The notes under the pieces: model-generated
Seen by the model: the letters and a program-made list of their open reading frames with translations, nothing else
What the model was told of the DNA's origin: nothing
The model's database searches: none
Translations under genes and position numbers: made by a program
Part shown: one piece after another, positions 48,799 through 64,000 of the stretch
Position numbering within the stretch: position 1 is the stretch's first letter
Layout: every line of letters begins with the position of its first letter
DNA from: Macrostomum lignano
Taxonomy: Eukaryota
Reading direction: 5' to 3'
Length of the DNA stretch: 64,000 nt
Assembly (NCBI GenBank): GCA_002269645.1
Contig: NIVC01004006.1
Span: 1,096-65,095, forward strand

Positions 48799-50735
48799 CT
48801 CCCAACCAAGCCGCCAAGCCCTCTCATGTTGCCACAACCCTACTTGGAAGCGACGGGTGTGTACATTGTATGTACGAATATTCCTTCCTTTCCTTCCTTT
48901 TCCTTTCCTTTCTAACCAGCTTAACTCAGCCCAACGCCAAAGCCATGCAAGCAATTGCATTCAAATACAAATGCAGATTATGCAAAGCGGTATGCAGCTT
49001 AATCTGATGAATTTCGATGCAAAAAAGGCATTTTTTACATGAAAAAAGTATCGAATGGTTATGAAATTCAAGAAATTTGTTAAATTAACTATATGGAACA
49101 CTGTGCATTGGTTTCAGTGCAAAATTCCTACCATTTCCGGTTTAAAAAGCCCCGGAACTAACATAAAAGTAAAAAGTCAAGTTTTCAGTTTTTTATCGAT
49201 AATTTTTTACCCAATGAACCAAATCTCTAGAAATTGCACACAAATATGCTGCGTTATGTGGGAAATCAGATTTCATAAAAATATTGTCGTCCTATTGCGT
49301 TATTTTGCCTGATTTCAAGCAAAATATTAAAAAATCACTACTCTGATCGATTTCCAATCACTTTTGACACATGAGCACTTGTTGCAGACACTCATAAACT
49401 TGGTAAATTTTAGCCAGACATTAGTACAACTAATTGCAGTGTCCACATTTGATTTACCTCTTTTAAAAATTTAATCACCCATTTTTCTGGCACCCAATCA
49501 GCCAAAAATCACAAATTATCGATTTCTGATCGATTTTTGAACCCGAAAGCAGCGAAATCAGACGGCGGCAATTCAAACCAATATAGTACAGCAAATATGC
49601 TATAGAAATTCGAAGTCGGATTATTCGCACCATGTTCTCAAAATTATAATGAGCAATAATACGAAAATCATGTGATTTTTTTCAAAATCGATCTTTATCG
49701 ATTTTCTCAGCACTGTAGAATCGTAGGAAAACAAAACTTTAGACACTTGTAGATTTTTGCATGGCGCATCTAACTGCACTGCTTTGAAGCCGAAACTCAA
49801 AAGGCTTCGTAGGAAAAAGTGGGGAAATAATAAAATGAGGGTCATTTTTTTACCCAAAAACCCACCAAAACTGAATAAAGATGTCGAAATAAATTAAAGC
49901 GCCATATACCATTTTGTAGGAAATTTAGTTTTACAACTTTTAATCTGAATCCTCAGATGTCGAAGCCGTATCTCGTAAGGTGTACCAGAATTTTGAGATC
50001 TCCCAGAAGCACTTTGGAAAAAATCGTCTTTCCAGTTAATTTACGGCTGATTTAAAGAATCTTTGCACTTGAGAGTATATTTATTCGATAGATCTAAAAG
50101 TTTTCTATCGATCGACACCTCACTCAACTCAATCGGTGCAGTGGTTGCAAAACAAAAGCATTTTTTGGCGAAAAAACGTGAAATTTAAAAATGCATGGGA
50201 GTCTAACTTATTTACTGGTAAGTACTTTCTAGCGCCATGGGTAGAAATTACTCACTCGCCCTCGGCCCCTGGCGAGCCTCGGGTTCTCTCGCTCTGGCCC
50301 GACGCCGCCTTCGGAGTTCACGAAAGTGAACTTCGCTTTTGGACAGGCTCCAGTACGCACATTACTTACTATGCAGGGCATCTCGTCTCTCTGCTCAGGG
50401 GCGCCATTCTTCAATTTTGTACAAAGTATCTACGCGTTTGCACAATTGCATTGTACGCTCGTACACTTACACACACTGTACCCATAAGTATACATGTATT
50501 TCTTTTCTTACCCAAGAGAAGTTTACAGTTGAGTAGCCAATAGAATTACAGAAGATTTTATAGGCTTTGTGTAGCTCGTAGCTGTTAGAACTATGGATAT
50601 AATACTAGCTCGTAGTCTTATAAATTCTAATCATAGAGATCCCGTTCAAGCTTCTGGAACTTTAACAGCAGTTTTCTTGAGATGCATTCGTTGTTTTTAG
50701 TGAAACAAAAAGCGCAGAGCCATCTAACAACTGAT

Positions 50736-54604
<3,869 letters not shown>

Positions 54605-54937
54605 CAAAAATCATTCACAGTTTTCAGACACTTTTGAACTGAATACAACTTTTTACCGGTTGAATAATGTAAAGAATGTAATTAAGTACATTAGGTAATT
54701 AGTTAACATTCGTGAATTTAGCGTATTGTAGCAGAGGCCCAACATCCAAGATCACTGGAAGTAGCCTAGAAGTAGAACTACACTAGCTATAGAAACCCTC
54801 GCTTTTCAAATTCGATATGTGCCAAATTCGTTCGCATGTTTTTTTCGCAAAATTCCTTACAAACGTAGACTTGCTTGTTTTTCACATCATTTTATACATT
54901 TTTGTTTAAAATATTAATTCTCATTAGTACGTAATAA

Positions 54938-55210
54938 TTGCCTACACTCGCCCCAATTGGGCCAGTAGTGCAACCGACACCTCTTGCGTGCAGCTATTGC
55001 GCGGCGCATCTGAAGGCTGCGTACGGCTGTGGGGGTCGCCACACACACCCTCAATTACCCCAGCTAATGCTGGCACCCATTTTACAGCTGGGTGAACTAT
55101 GCAGAGTTAAGTGTCTTGCTCAAAGGACACAAATTGTTCCAGTGGGATCGGGAATCGAACTCCCGACCTTCAATTCGTGAGTCCGACGCTCTAACCACTA
55201 GGCTACAACA
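54938..55210 (-). mobile_element. CORE-type tRNA-derived SINE
   Basis: Minus strand gtagcctagtggttagagcgtcggact...gggagttcgattccc (A/B boxes), followed by gtgtcctttgagcaagacacttaact...ccagctgtaaatgggt, the CORE-domain pattern. Confidence 0.8.
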
Positions 55211-55374
55211 TCTGTTGTTATTTTTAAAATAGAATCGAAATAAATTTACTTTAAGTGCCATTTTTTAATGAAACAATTATTTTTTACGCTTTATAGATAT
55301 TTTTATGCTACATCCTCTTTTTAGTGGATGGATTTTTCTAAAGTTCTTAAAATTTCTCGCCAACAAATTCATGG

Positions 55375-55555
55375 CTTTTGAGGGGTGGATACGTCCGACT
55401 TTCGCTCCCTGACCCCTGGTTCGATTCCGTGCGCGACCACATTCATGTGGGGCTTGTGTGCACAAAAATTGGAGTGTACATGTCTGACGATTAAAAAGTC
55501 AGGGCCGCTGTACACCCTGTGTGAGCTTGTGTAAGAGTGCATGCCTGCGTGCAGT
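55375..55555 (+). mobile_element. tRNA-derived SINE (copy 4), same structured core
   Basis: cctggttcgattcc B box and the core gtgtacatgtctgacgattaaaaagtcagggccgctgtacac. Confidence 0.7.
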
Positions 55556-56039
55556 ATTGGCGAGCTTGCATGTGCTCAGCAGTCAGTGGAATGGACATGA
55601 GTTGCTGTCAGCGCTGGTTGCGCGACCTGATTGTCGCTGAAGGCGCTGTATCAGGGTTTGGTGCATTTGACATCCATTAAACTGCCCACCGGAATGAGTG
55701 CAACTGAGGGGACTGGGGAGATTCCGTCATCTCTGCAAAAATCTTCCGACACCTCATTATACAGAGTGGTAAAAAGCAAACAGACATTTTAAAAGCTGCA
55801 TTCAGCATGTTTGGGAGCTAATGGTCGAGTCCTTGTTTGCGCAGGGATGCTGCGTGGAAGGCAGCCTATATAGTGGCTGTCATTAGCTTGACGTTTCACT
55901 CGCAAATATTGCCTAAAAGCATTCACTATATTCTCTTTAAACATGCCAATCACCCCCACCCCGATTAGAGCCTGCAAGATTGTCGATTTAAACTGCATGT
56001 CGAGCAGGCATCAAGAAAACCTGAAATTTCAAACCCGCA

Positions 56040-56801
56040 ATGTATCTTCTTTTTCTGCTAACTTTCGTCTTTTACAACGCCAGTCTCGCCAGTGCCATCT
56101 CCGAGGAGCCGCTCCAGCAATTCACCAAAATCGAAGCGTCGCTCTGCATCAACTACGAATTCTTGGAAAATCGCCCAGAGGCTAATTCGGTTTCCAGGTG
56201 CGCCGTAGCCTGCCTTTGGCGCGGCGAACTCTGCAAAGCCTTCACTACAGCTGAAGAGTTCGATGACGTGTGCCGATTGGCCCTGTTTGACAAGTGCAGC
56301 AAGAATGTGAGAAGCAAATGTAACTGCACCACACGCGGACTGGTTTACGTCAGGCAGAGCTTGAGACTCACACCGGGATCGTTCTGTCCCGAAGGCTACT
56401 CAACCAGCATCTGCGGGGTCAGGTACCGATTCTACAATCAGGATTCGGATTGGAATGCCGCCAAAGCGAAGTGCGAATCGGAGCCTGGACTCGTCATCAT
56501 GGCCGACATCACCAATAGCAGTGAGAAGACTGCTCTTCACGACCTGCACCTGGCCAATAACAGAGACGGCAACAGTTTCCTATCAGGCAATAGAATATAT
56601 TTTAACAGTGCCGATCATTACGCTGGTTGGTTTTGGTCAAACTGTAACGTCAGCGTTGAAGCTTCTGTGTGGGCCGGTGGTGAACCAAATGGCGAATCAG
56701 CCGAACCAATCATGGCGTACGTTGAAAATAAAGGTGTTTGCGACATTTCCTTAGAACAAAAAGGAAGCGCCGTGTGCGAGTGTCTGTCTCCGTTTGACTA
56801 G
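56040..56801 (+). CDS. Secreted PAN/Apple-like + C-type lectin domain protein, intronless (253 aa)
   Basis: Signal peptide MYLLFLLTFVFYNASLA. PAN-like SVSRCAVACLWRGELCKAF...CRL. CTL-like CPEGY, WNAAKAKCE, WFWSN, WAGGEPN and VCEC. Confidence 0.82.
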   Translation: MYLLFLLTFVFYNASLASAISEEPLQQFTKIEASLCINYEFLENRPEANSVSRCAVACLWRGELCKAFTTAEEFDDVCRLALFDKCSKNVRSKCNCTTRGLVYVRQSLRLTPGSFCPEGYSTSICGVRYRFYNQDSDWNAAKAKCESEPGLVIMADITNSSEKTALHDLHLANNRDGNSFLSGNRIYFNSADHYAGWFWSNCNVSVEASVWAGGEPNGESAEPIMAYVENKGVCDISLEQKGSAVCECLSPFD

Positions 56802-57103
56802 CCTGACCAACGAGAGCCGTTACGATTCAGAACTGAACAGAATGAACTGACATTATATGAAAAAAACCATACCATACCTCTTGTCTAAGAACAGCGCCTC
56901 GAGCAAAGTTGACAAAATAAATTGATTAACAACAATAATATAAGCAACCTTTGAAGCAACCTTCATGAAGAAGCAAACCAGGCATTCTAAATTTTTATTG
57001 GCGTCGATCGTGTTTTTCATTCTTTTAATATTCGTATGCCCGTGTGAAAACCATACTCGCTCGCTAGGCTAATCGTCTTAGAATAAATCTGTAGCAACCG
57101 TAC

Positions 57104-58313
57104 CAAGGACTAATCAAGTAGAAGGACGGGAGACTACGTTTCTGGGAAGAAACCGGCAGGGGCGTAGCCAGAGGGGGGCAAGGGGGGCCGCGGCCCCCCC
57201 CCCCCAATCACCAACTCTGGCCTTGGCGCCCCCCCCTTATAACTGCGCTTTGCCGCCCCTTTGAAAATGCTGCCGCTTTCCTGGCGCCCCCCATAAATAA
57301 ACTGCCCCCCCCCTATAAAGTAACTGGTGCCCGCCTAAAAGAAACTGGCACCCCCTAAAAGAAACTGGCACCCCCTAAAAGAAACTGGCACCCCCTAAAA
57401 GAAACTGGCACCCCCTAAAAGAAACTGGCACCCCCTAAAAGAAACTGGCACCCCCTAAAAGAAACTGGCGCCCCCTAAAAGAAACTGGCACCCCCTAAAA
57501 GAAACTGGCGCCCCCCCCCACTAAAAGAAACTGGCGCCCCCCCCACTATAAGAAACTGGCGCCCCCCCCACTAAAAGAAACTGGCGCCCCCCCCACTATA
57601 AGAAACTGGCGCCCCCCCCCCACTATAAGAAACTGGCGCCCCCCCCACTATAAGAAACTGGCGCCCCCCACTATAAGAAACTGGCGCCCCCCCCACTATA
57701 AGAAACTGGCGCCCCCCCACTATAAGAAACTGGCGCCCCCCCCCCACTATAAGAAACTGGCGCCCCCCTACTATAAGAAACTGGCGCCCCCCCACTATAA
57801 GAAACTGGCGCCCCCCCCACTATAAGAAACTGGCGCCCCCCCCCACTATAAGAAACTGGCGCCCCCCCCCACTATAAGAAACTGGCGCCCCCCACTATAA
57901 GAAACTGGCGCCCCCCCCCCACTATAAGAAACTGGCGCCCCCCCCCCACTATAAGAAACTGGCGCCCCCCCACTATAAGAAACTGGCGCCCCCCCACTAT
58001 AAGAAACTGGCGCCCCCCCACTATAAGAAACTGGCGCCCCCCACTATAAGAAACTGGCGCCCCCCCCCACTATAAGAAACTGGCGCCCCCCCCACTATAA
58101 GAAACTGGCGCCCCCCCCCACTATAAGAAACTGGCGCCCCCTAACTCACGCCCCCCCCCCAATCAATATTCCTGGCTACGCCCCTGGAAGAAAGGGAGAC
58201 CCAGTGTTCATATTTTGATACTTCTTGGCTTTCTTATAGCTATATTTATATTCATAAAGCTGCAAACTGTCTTCTAAAATTTTCCAATCGTCCTTCTACT
58301 TGAGTAGTCCTTG
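57104..58313. mobile_element. Outer MITE-like element with 25-bp TIRs
   Basis: caaggactaatcaagtagaaggacg (57104-57128) and cgtccttctacttgagtagtccttg (58289-58313) match at 24/25. No clean TSD. Confidence 0.6.
57157..58186. mobile_element. hAT-like MITE with internal ~21-24-bp minisatellite, nested in the outer MITE
   Basis: Perfect 15-bp TIR caggggcgtagccag / ctggctacgcccctg. Interior 57335-58140 is (actataagaaactggcgccccccc)n. The flanks share only gaagaaa, an imperfect TSD. Confidence 0.8.
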
Positions 58314-58599
58314 AACACGTTACATAGATATACATCAAAGCGCGCTAAAATTTTTATTCTTCGATCTATAAACCTACATGGCACACCTTTTAGTTGATAA
58401 AGATATGCACAGATCGGATAGTTATGCTTGGGGTCATACGACTCGTAGATTGGTATATTCGTATGGTACCGAAACCATGTCAGTGTGAGGTCGCGCAGTT
58501 TAATTATGACATTAGGAAGTGTTAACTAACGGGATTACTGCTGTCTTTTGTCTGTCAATTTGAGTCTGTTATTTTACTGTCTAAGATACAGGTCTGCAA

Positions 58600-61500
58600 T
58601 TAGGTATTCGACACCACCCTGGCAATTATTTTGTCCTTGTTTTCGGGCTGATAAGTTGTCGATTTCTTCCTGGTGTTAGGAGCTCCTTCTTTGCAAATTC
58701 CGCACAATTTCGGGCACCGCTTGCGTCCGCTGGAACTGGCGCAGCAGGTGGTCTTCGCCGATGCAGACAAGCCGGCGCAGGTGGATTCGTCGGCGCATGA
58801 AAAGGCTGCGTCTGGTAATTTAATAACAGCGGTGCGATTTAGCTGAAGAGAAACTGAAGCTCTAGCCCAGGTGTCCTTCACTAGAGAAATTGAAGCTCTA
58901 GCCCAGGTGTCCTTCGGTAGAGAAACTGAAGCTCTAGCCCAGGTGTCCTTCACTAGAGAAATTGAAGCTCTAGCCCAGGTGTCCTTCAATAGAGAAACTG
59001 AAGCTCTAGCCCAGGTGTCCTTCGGTAGAGAAACTGAAGCTCTAGCCCATTCGGTAGAGAAACTGAAGCTCTAGCCCATTCGGTAGAGAAACTGAAGCTC
59101 TAGCCCATTCGGTAGAGAAACTGAAGCTCTAGCCCATTCGGTAGAGAAACTGAAGCTCTAGCCCATTCGGTAGAGAAACTGAAGCTCTAGCCCATTCGGT
59201 AGAGAAACTGAAGCTCTAGCCCATTCGGTAGAGAAACTGAAGCTCTAGCCCATTCGGTAGAGAAACTGAAGCTCTAGCCCATTCGGTAGAGAAACTGAAG
59301 CTCTAGCCCATTCGGTAGAGAAACTGAAGCTCTAGCCCATTCGGTAGAGAAACTGAAGCTCTAGCCCATTCGGTAGAGAAACTGAAGCTCTAGCCCATTC
59401 GGTAGAGAAACTGAAGCTCTAGCCCATTCGGTAGAGAAACCGCAGTTCAAGTTCTTTGCCGGGGGATCCTGTGAGTTCTAGTCCTGATTATCCAATACGC
59501 TCGTAGACGAGTAACTACAATCCCAGCTAGAGGATGCATAATACTGGAAAAGCTTTCAGTGTCGTCATTTTTCCTGGAATTATAAGTACTCGTAGCAAAA
59601 CATGCAGTATTTAGAAAGTAGAGAAACAATTACCTTTGCACTGATCCTTTGACTTCCTTGAAGCGCCAGCCGCATGCAAAGCTTCGCAAGCTTCGTTGGA
59701 AGCGCACAGACCGCGCAGGCAGTGAGGCAACTCAGCGGAGCAAGCGCTGCATGCAGATCCCACAGTGTAGGCCCTGCTTTTGTTGCTGCCTGCACCTGGG
59801 CCCAGCTCACCGTAGTTGCAGACCAACAAGTAGGCAAACTGCCGGCTGTCTCCGCCGCTGCCACCGCTGCAGTCTCTCAAGTCGCAGCCGACGTACCGAG
59901 CGGTACCGGACACCAGATAACGGATTCCTGCGCAGCTGTTGCCATGACGACCGGCTCGTTTACACCGTCCAGTAGCGGCGTCAAACATCCGTCGCTGGTC
60001 CCACCAAGCCGCCGCCAAAATCTGCGGATCGGCCAGCCAATCAGCGGCCGTGCTTTGGCCCACGTGACCTTGCAGGCCGGGCACGGCTCGGTTCGCCGGC
60101 GAGTCCGTCTGGCCCGCCGTGCACTGGGCGGCCCAGTCGGAGGCGGTGGCCGCCAGGTGATCGTCCCACTCCTGTTGCAGAGCGGATGTGGGGCTTGTGC
60201 GTGGGAGTGTGTCATCGCAGTCGTTAAATAGATCTTTGAATCGAGCTTTAATTGTTTGGCGGGTGAGTTCATTTTAGTTCACGAGTTCATGAGTTCATGA
60301 GTTCACGAGTTCACGAGTTCACGAGTTCATGAGTTCATGAGTTCATGAGTTCACGAGTTCATGAGTTCACGAGTTCATGAGTTCATGAGTTCATGAGTTC
60401 ATGAGTGAGTTCATGAGTTCATGAGTTCATGAGTGAGTTCATGAGTGAGTTCATAAGTGAGTTCATGAGTGAGTTCATGAGTGAGTTCATAAGTGAGTTC
60501 ATGAGTGAGTTCATGAGTGAGTTCATGAGTGAGTTCATGAGTTCATGAGTGTGTGAATGAGTGAGTGAGTAAGTGAGTGTGTGAGTGAGTGAGTTCATGA
60601 GTGAGTTCATGAGTGAGTTCATGAGTGAGTTCATGAGTTCATGAGTTCATGAGTGTGTGAATGAGTGAGTGAGTGAGTGAGTGAGTGAGTGAGTTAGTTA
60701 GTGAGTGAGTGAGTGAGTGAGTGAATGAGTTAGCGAGTGAGTGAGTGAGTGAGTGAGTGAATGAGTTAGCGAGTGAGTGAGTGAGTGAGTGAGTGAGTGA
60801 GTGAGTGAGTGAGTGAGTGAATGAGTTAGCGAGTGAGTGAGTGAGTGAGTTAGTGAGTGAGTGAGTGAGTGAGTGAGTGAGTGAGTGAGTGAGTGAGTGA
60901 GTGAGTGAGTGAGTGAGTGAGTGAGTGAGTTAGTTAGTGAGTGAGTGAGTGAGTGAGTGAGTGAGTGAGTTAGTTAGTGAGTGAGTGAGTGAGTGAGTGA
61001 GTGAGTGAGTGAGTGAGTGAGTGAGTGAGTGAGTGAGTGAGTGAGTGAGTGAGTGAGTGAGTGAGTGAGTGAGTGAGTGAGTGAGTGAGTGAGTGAGTGA
61101 GTGAGTGAGTGAGCGATTGAGTGAGTGAGTGAGTGAGTGAGTGAGTGAGTGAGTGAGTGAGTGAGTGAGTGAGTGAGTGAGTGAGTGAGCGATTGAGTGA
61201 GTGAGTGAGTGAGTGAATGCAGTTATCAATGCCTAGGCCTCACCAAAAGAGCCATGTTGGCAGCCGGTGGCAACTTGTCATCGCGTCCCAGTGCAATCCC
61301 CGAGCGCATCCGATTGTGCCAATCCAACAGCTGCTGCTTGATCCGCGCTGTCAGCACCGACTTGCCCAGTCGCGGTGGCACCAGCAGGTGCTTATTTCGC
61401 GAATCTTTGAACACGTGGGCGGCCTCTCCGGCTTGAGCTTGAGCCAGTGCACTGAAGAGCTGCGCTGCGATGCCCAAATCGTCGCTCCCGGAGTCGCCGT

Positions 61501-61684
61501 CAGTACCAGCAGCGCCAACTGCAGCTGACGCCAGAGCCGCCGAAGCCATGGCATTCATCATAGCGTGCGGATCCTGCAGTGAGGATTCCACCGCATCTGC
61601 TGAGCCTAATAAAGCGGTCAGGATCAGACTAGCTAGCAGTAGCACCCAGGCTGAGGTGCTTCCAGTATCTGAACTGGTTGCCAT
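58600..61684 (-). CDS. Secreted CAP/SCP (venom-allergen-like) protein with C-terminal ShKT domain, 3 exons
   Basis: Exons 61244-61684, 59634-60171 and 58600-58811 join in frame (phases 0 and 1). Signal peptide, then LLDWHNRMRS, AANMALL|EWDDHLAATASDWAAQC, YVGC, LLVCNY, GSACSAC..C..GLC, and the ShKT-like CADESTC...CPKLCGIC. Confidence 0.9.
58848..59440. repeat. 36-bp then 29-bp minisatellite in CAP intron 2
   Basis: gaaactgaagctctagcccaggtgtccttcggtaga (about 5 copies) changes into gaaactgaagctctagcccattcggtaga (about 14 copies). Confidence 0.97.
60278..61216. repeat. (GAGTTCAT)n grading into (GAGT)n in CAP intron 1
   Basis: An 8-bp unit, then a 12-bp mixed unit, then a pure tetranucleotide. 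It fills almost the entire intron. Confidence 0.98.
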
Positions 61685-64000
61685 AGCTATAGATTACGTT
61701 ATGCGTTAATCCAGTGGCAAAAGCGGATCAGTAATCCGTAAGCAGATTTTGGAGTTATAGCTGTTAGAAATATTTCTATTTTTGGGTTTTATACAATTTT
61801 TATTTGTTTTGGCAGGTGTTCTTTTTACCGTATTTAATACACCAATTCGATAACTAATAGCCATATGATTTAATGAGCCCTAGCGCGTATTCCTGTCATA
61901 CCCGTGTCGTTAGCTTGCTGAGCTAAATTTATTACATATACATGTAGGTAAGGTATACTGCAATTTCTACATTCGGCAGTTGGAAATGCACCTGCAATAT
62001 AGTAGATCTAGAGAGAGATCTAGAGAGAGTTCCGACGGCTATTGACTTTGATGACAGACGTGTATGTACTCTTACATTGCACCGACGTTCAGCCGATGTA
62101 GGACGTCGTTATCCGTAATAATAATATCCGCTTCACGTATTTCATGTAAGTGGGTACATGATGACTATCCACAAGCCAGAGGTTGCACAGAGCCCATTGA
62201 AACCTGCAAACCTAGCTGGGTGCTCGTGCTGCACATGCATGGTGACCAAGAACATATAGTCAGAGTACATGTATGCTACAATCGTTCAAGGGGCCATCAG
62301 GGTTACTATACATGTAAGTGACTCCGAGTTAGCTGTTTCCCAATAATCCCACAATGACTAAAACAATTGCGAATAATTGTCGAACATATTTTGTGGGGGC
62401 GAAACGGAATTACGAGTACTTGCAGTGCAGCAGTGTGTGCTGCATAAATTCTGATGGAATTTGGTTCGAGAAATTTTCTCGATCCGATTTGTCGACGTCA
62501 TTTTTCCACTATAAAACAATAAAAGCAATAAAATATATTTGAAATAGTCAAAGTATTATTATTATTAATATTGCCAGAGTTTTTTGATATATCCAGGAGA
62601 AAACAAAGACAAAAAGACAAAATCACGAGTGTAAGACTGACAAACATGATAATTAATTCGACGACTGCGCATTCATTTTTCTACCATGCAAATTCTGTTT
62701 TTGGAATCGGAATTCTAGTTCTGAAACCAATCTTTGTGAAAAGCCAAAAAGTACCAACTATTTAACTATTATCAAAATTCAAAAGAATCAATGTGGAACT
62801 TTTCCAAGGACGAGCTAAGAGTTGTTTGTAAAGGAGAATTTGATGACGAAATTAAATATTTGCAAAATAATATTGTCGGCCGATTAAATGATACCAAAAT
62901 TCGAAAGAACCGTTCTTGTGCGGTCACTGCATGGTCAGATCGTCATATTCCATTTCGTCATATCGGATGACGAAGTGAACAGAAGCAAAGTAGCTTGAAA
63001 AATAATATGACGAAGTGACCAAATATTTAGTTATGCTGGATACTTCTTCATCAATCAATTAATCTGTTTGAGATTCGAGTTAGTATAAACCATTTTTATT
63101 AACTATTAAGCTGCGGCAAGCAGAACCGATCGATCGACAGGTTTTATCAATCGAGATGACAAAATGACTGGGATCATTAGGATTTCCAAGTAAATATGTT
63201 TGATTGCCACGTTAATTCACTTGAAGTTGGAACTATTGGACTCTCTGGAAAAATGACTCTCTTCAGGTAGTGCATGCTAATTAAGATGACGAAGTGACCA
63301 AAGTCGAGGTGAGCACCCCAGACACCCAGATGACGAAATGGCAGATGACGAAATGACTAGGAACCTCTTGTGCTGCATACACGAGTTTCCGCGACAAGCT
63401 CCAAGGTTTAACAGCACATTAACTCGTTTTTGTGCTCGAATGCACGTGTACCGTGTACAATAAATATAATACCATTCAGTATAAAACGAAAACAAAAACC
63501 GCACAAATACTGTGGACTTAAAAGCAACAAAAAAGTTATTTAATGTTGTTTAAGACTTGCAAACTTGCAATTAGTTTTGTTTTTGTTGCTTTAAACGATA
63601 TGAAACATAGTCTTTTTGTTTTAACGTAAAACTTTTTTAATGTAAATCCAAAAAAGAAAAAAAGGAGAATAAAATAATAATTTACTATACTATAATACTT
63701 AATTCTAACACTATGTCACTAACATAGATTTGAGATTTGAGAAGCGGGAGAAGCCTTTTTTTTACTTGAGTCAATTAATAGTAACTGGCTACGTTACTTT
63801 AAGTTCAGTATATATTACGATTTAAAATACTTTTAAAGGAAAATTCATGGTTTCTTCTTTAATTATAATTCAACTGACAGTGACGATGTTTACTTAGTAA
63901 CTTACTTAGGCTTAGCTTATTAGGCCTACCTCAAGTCGTATCTCGACCAGGTCTACCCCATGGTCAATAAAAAGAAGCATAAGCAAAAATTTTTTTCACA

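Noticed and set aside
48960-50130. AT-rich segment resembling a DNA-transposon subterminal region (similar impression at 10100-10400, 20340-20510 and 36950-37280)
   Set aside because: No TIR pair, TSD or second copy within the window to support a call.
50284-50315. 23/26-nt match to Wnt exon 4 (gctctg.cc.gacgccgc.ttcgg)
   Set aside because: Short, GC-rich and not extendable. A rough estimate makes one such match in a window this size plausible by chance.
62940-63360. Scattered gatgacgaa(g/a)tg motifs
   Set aside because: Only a handful of short, irregularly spaced copies with no definable element.

Overview
Eukaryotic, intron-containing, repeat-rich animal DNA. The minisatellite-filled introns and TTAGGG repeats fit a free-living flatworm such as Macrostomum, but that is inference and was not checked. 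The main discovery is at 1-8640. The ~624-bp 'satellite' there is a tandem array of near-identical exon+intron units on the minus strand. Each unit has a strong acceptor (ttaattgatttcttttcctcgcag|), a strong donor (TTGG|gtgagt) and an open, symmetric phase-1 exon of 237 nt (79 codons). The repeat exon looks like an in-frame fusion of two ancestral exons that was then amplified at least 13 times, and the array runs off the left edge. Hand-spliced genes further along are: an S1 serine protease with a 1-nt frameshift, a highly derived Wnt, MFSD5, an intronless Schlafen/AlbA_2 protein with intact catalytic acidic residues, a VWDE-like type I membrane protein, a PAN+C-type lectin and a non-canonical CAP+ShKT protein. 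Mobile DNA includes a 5'-truncated RTE LINE with a microsatellite tail, tRNA-derived SINEs sharing a covarying stem-loop, a CORE-SINE, a Crypton/DUF3504 remnant, a short internally deleted LTR element and a deleted mariner. There are also two head-to-tail Helitron-like elements with an exact CTAG|TC junction carrying minisatellites and telomeric repeats, a MULE/foldback element with a 9-bp TSD, and nested MITEs. Most ORFs in the supplied track are artefacts of tandem repeats. All protein and element names come from motif recognition by eye; no database search was run.
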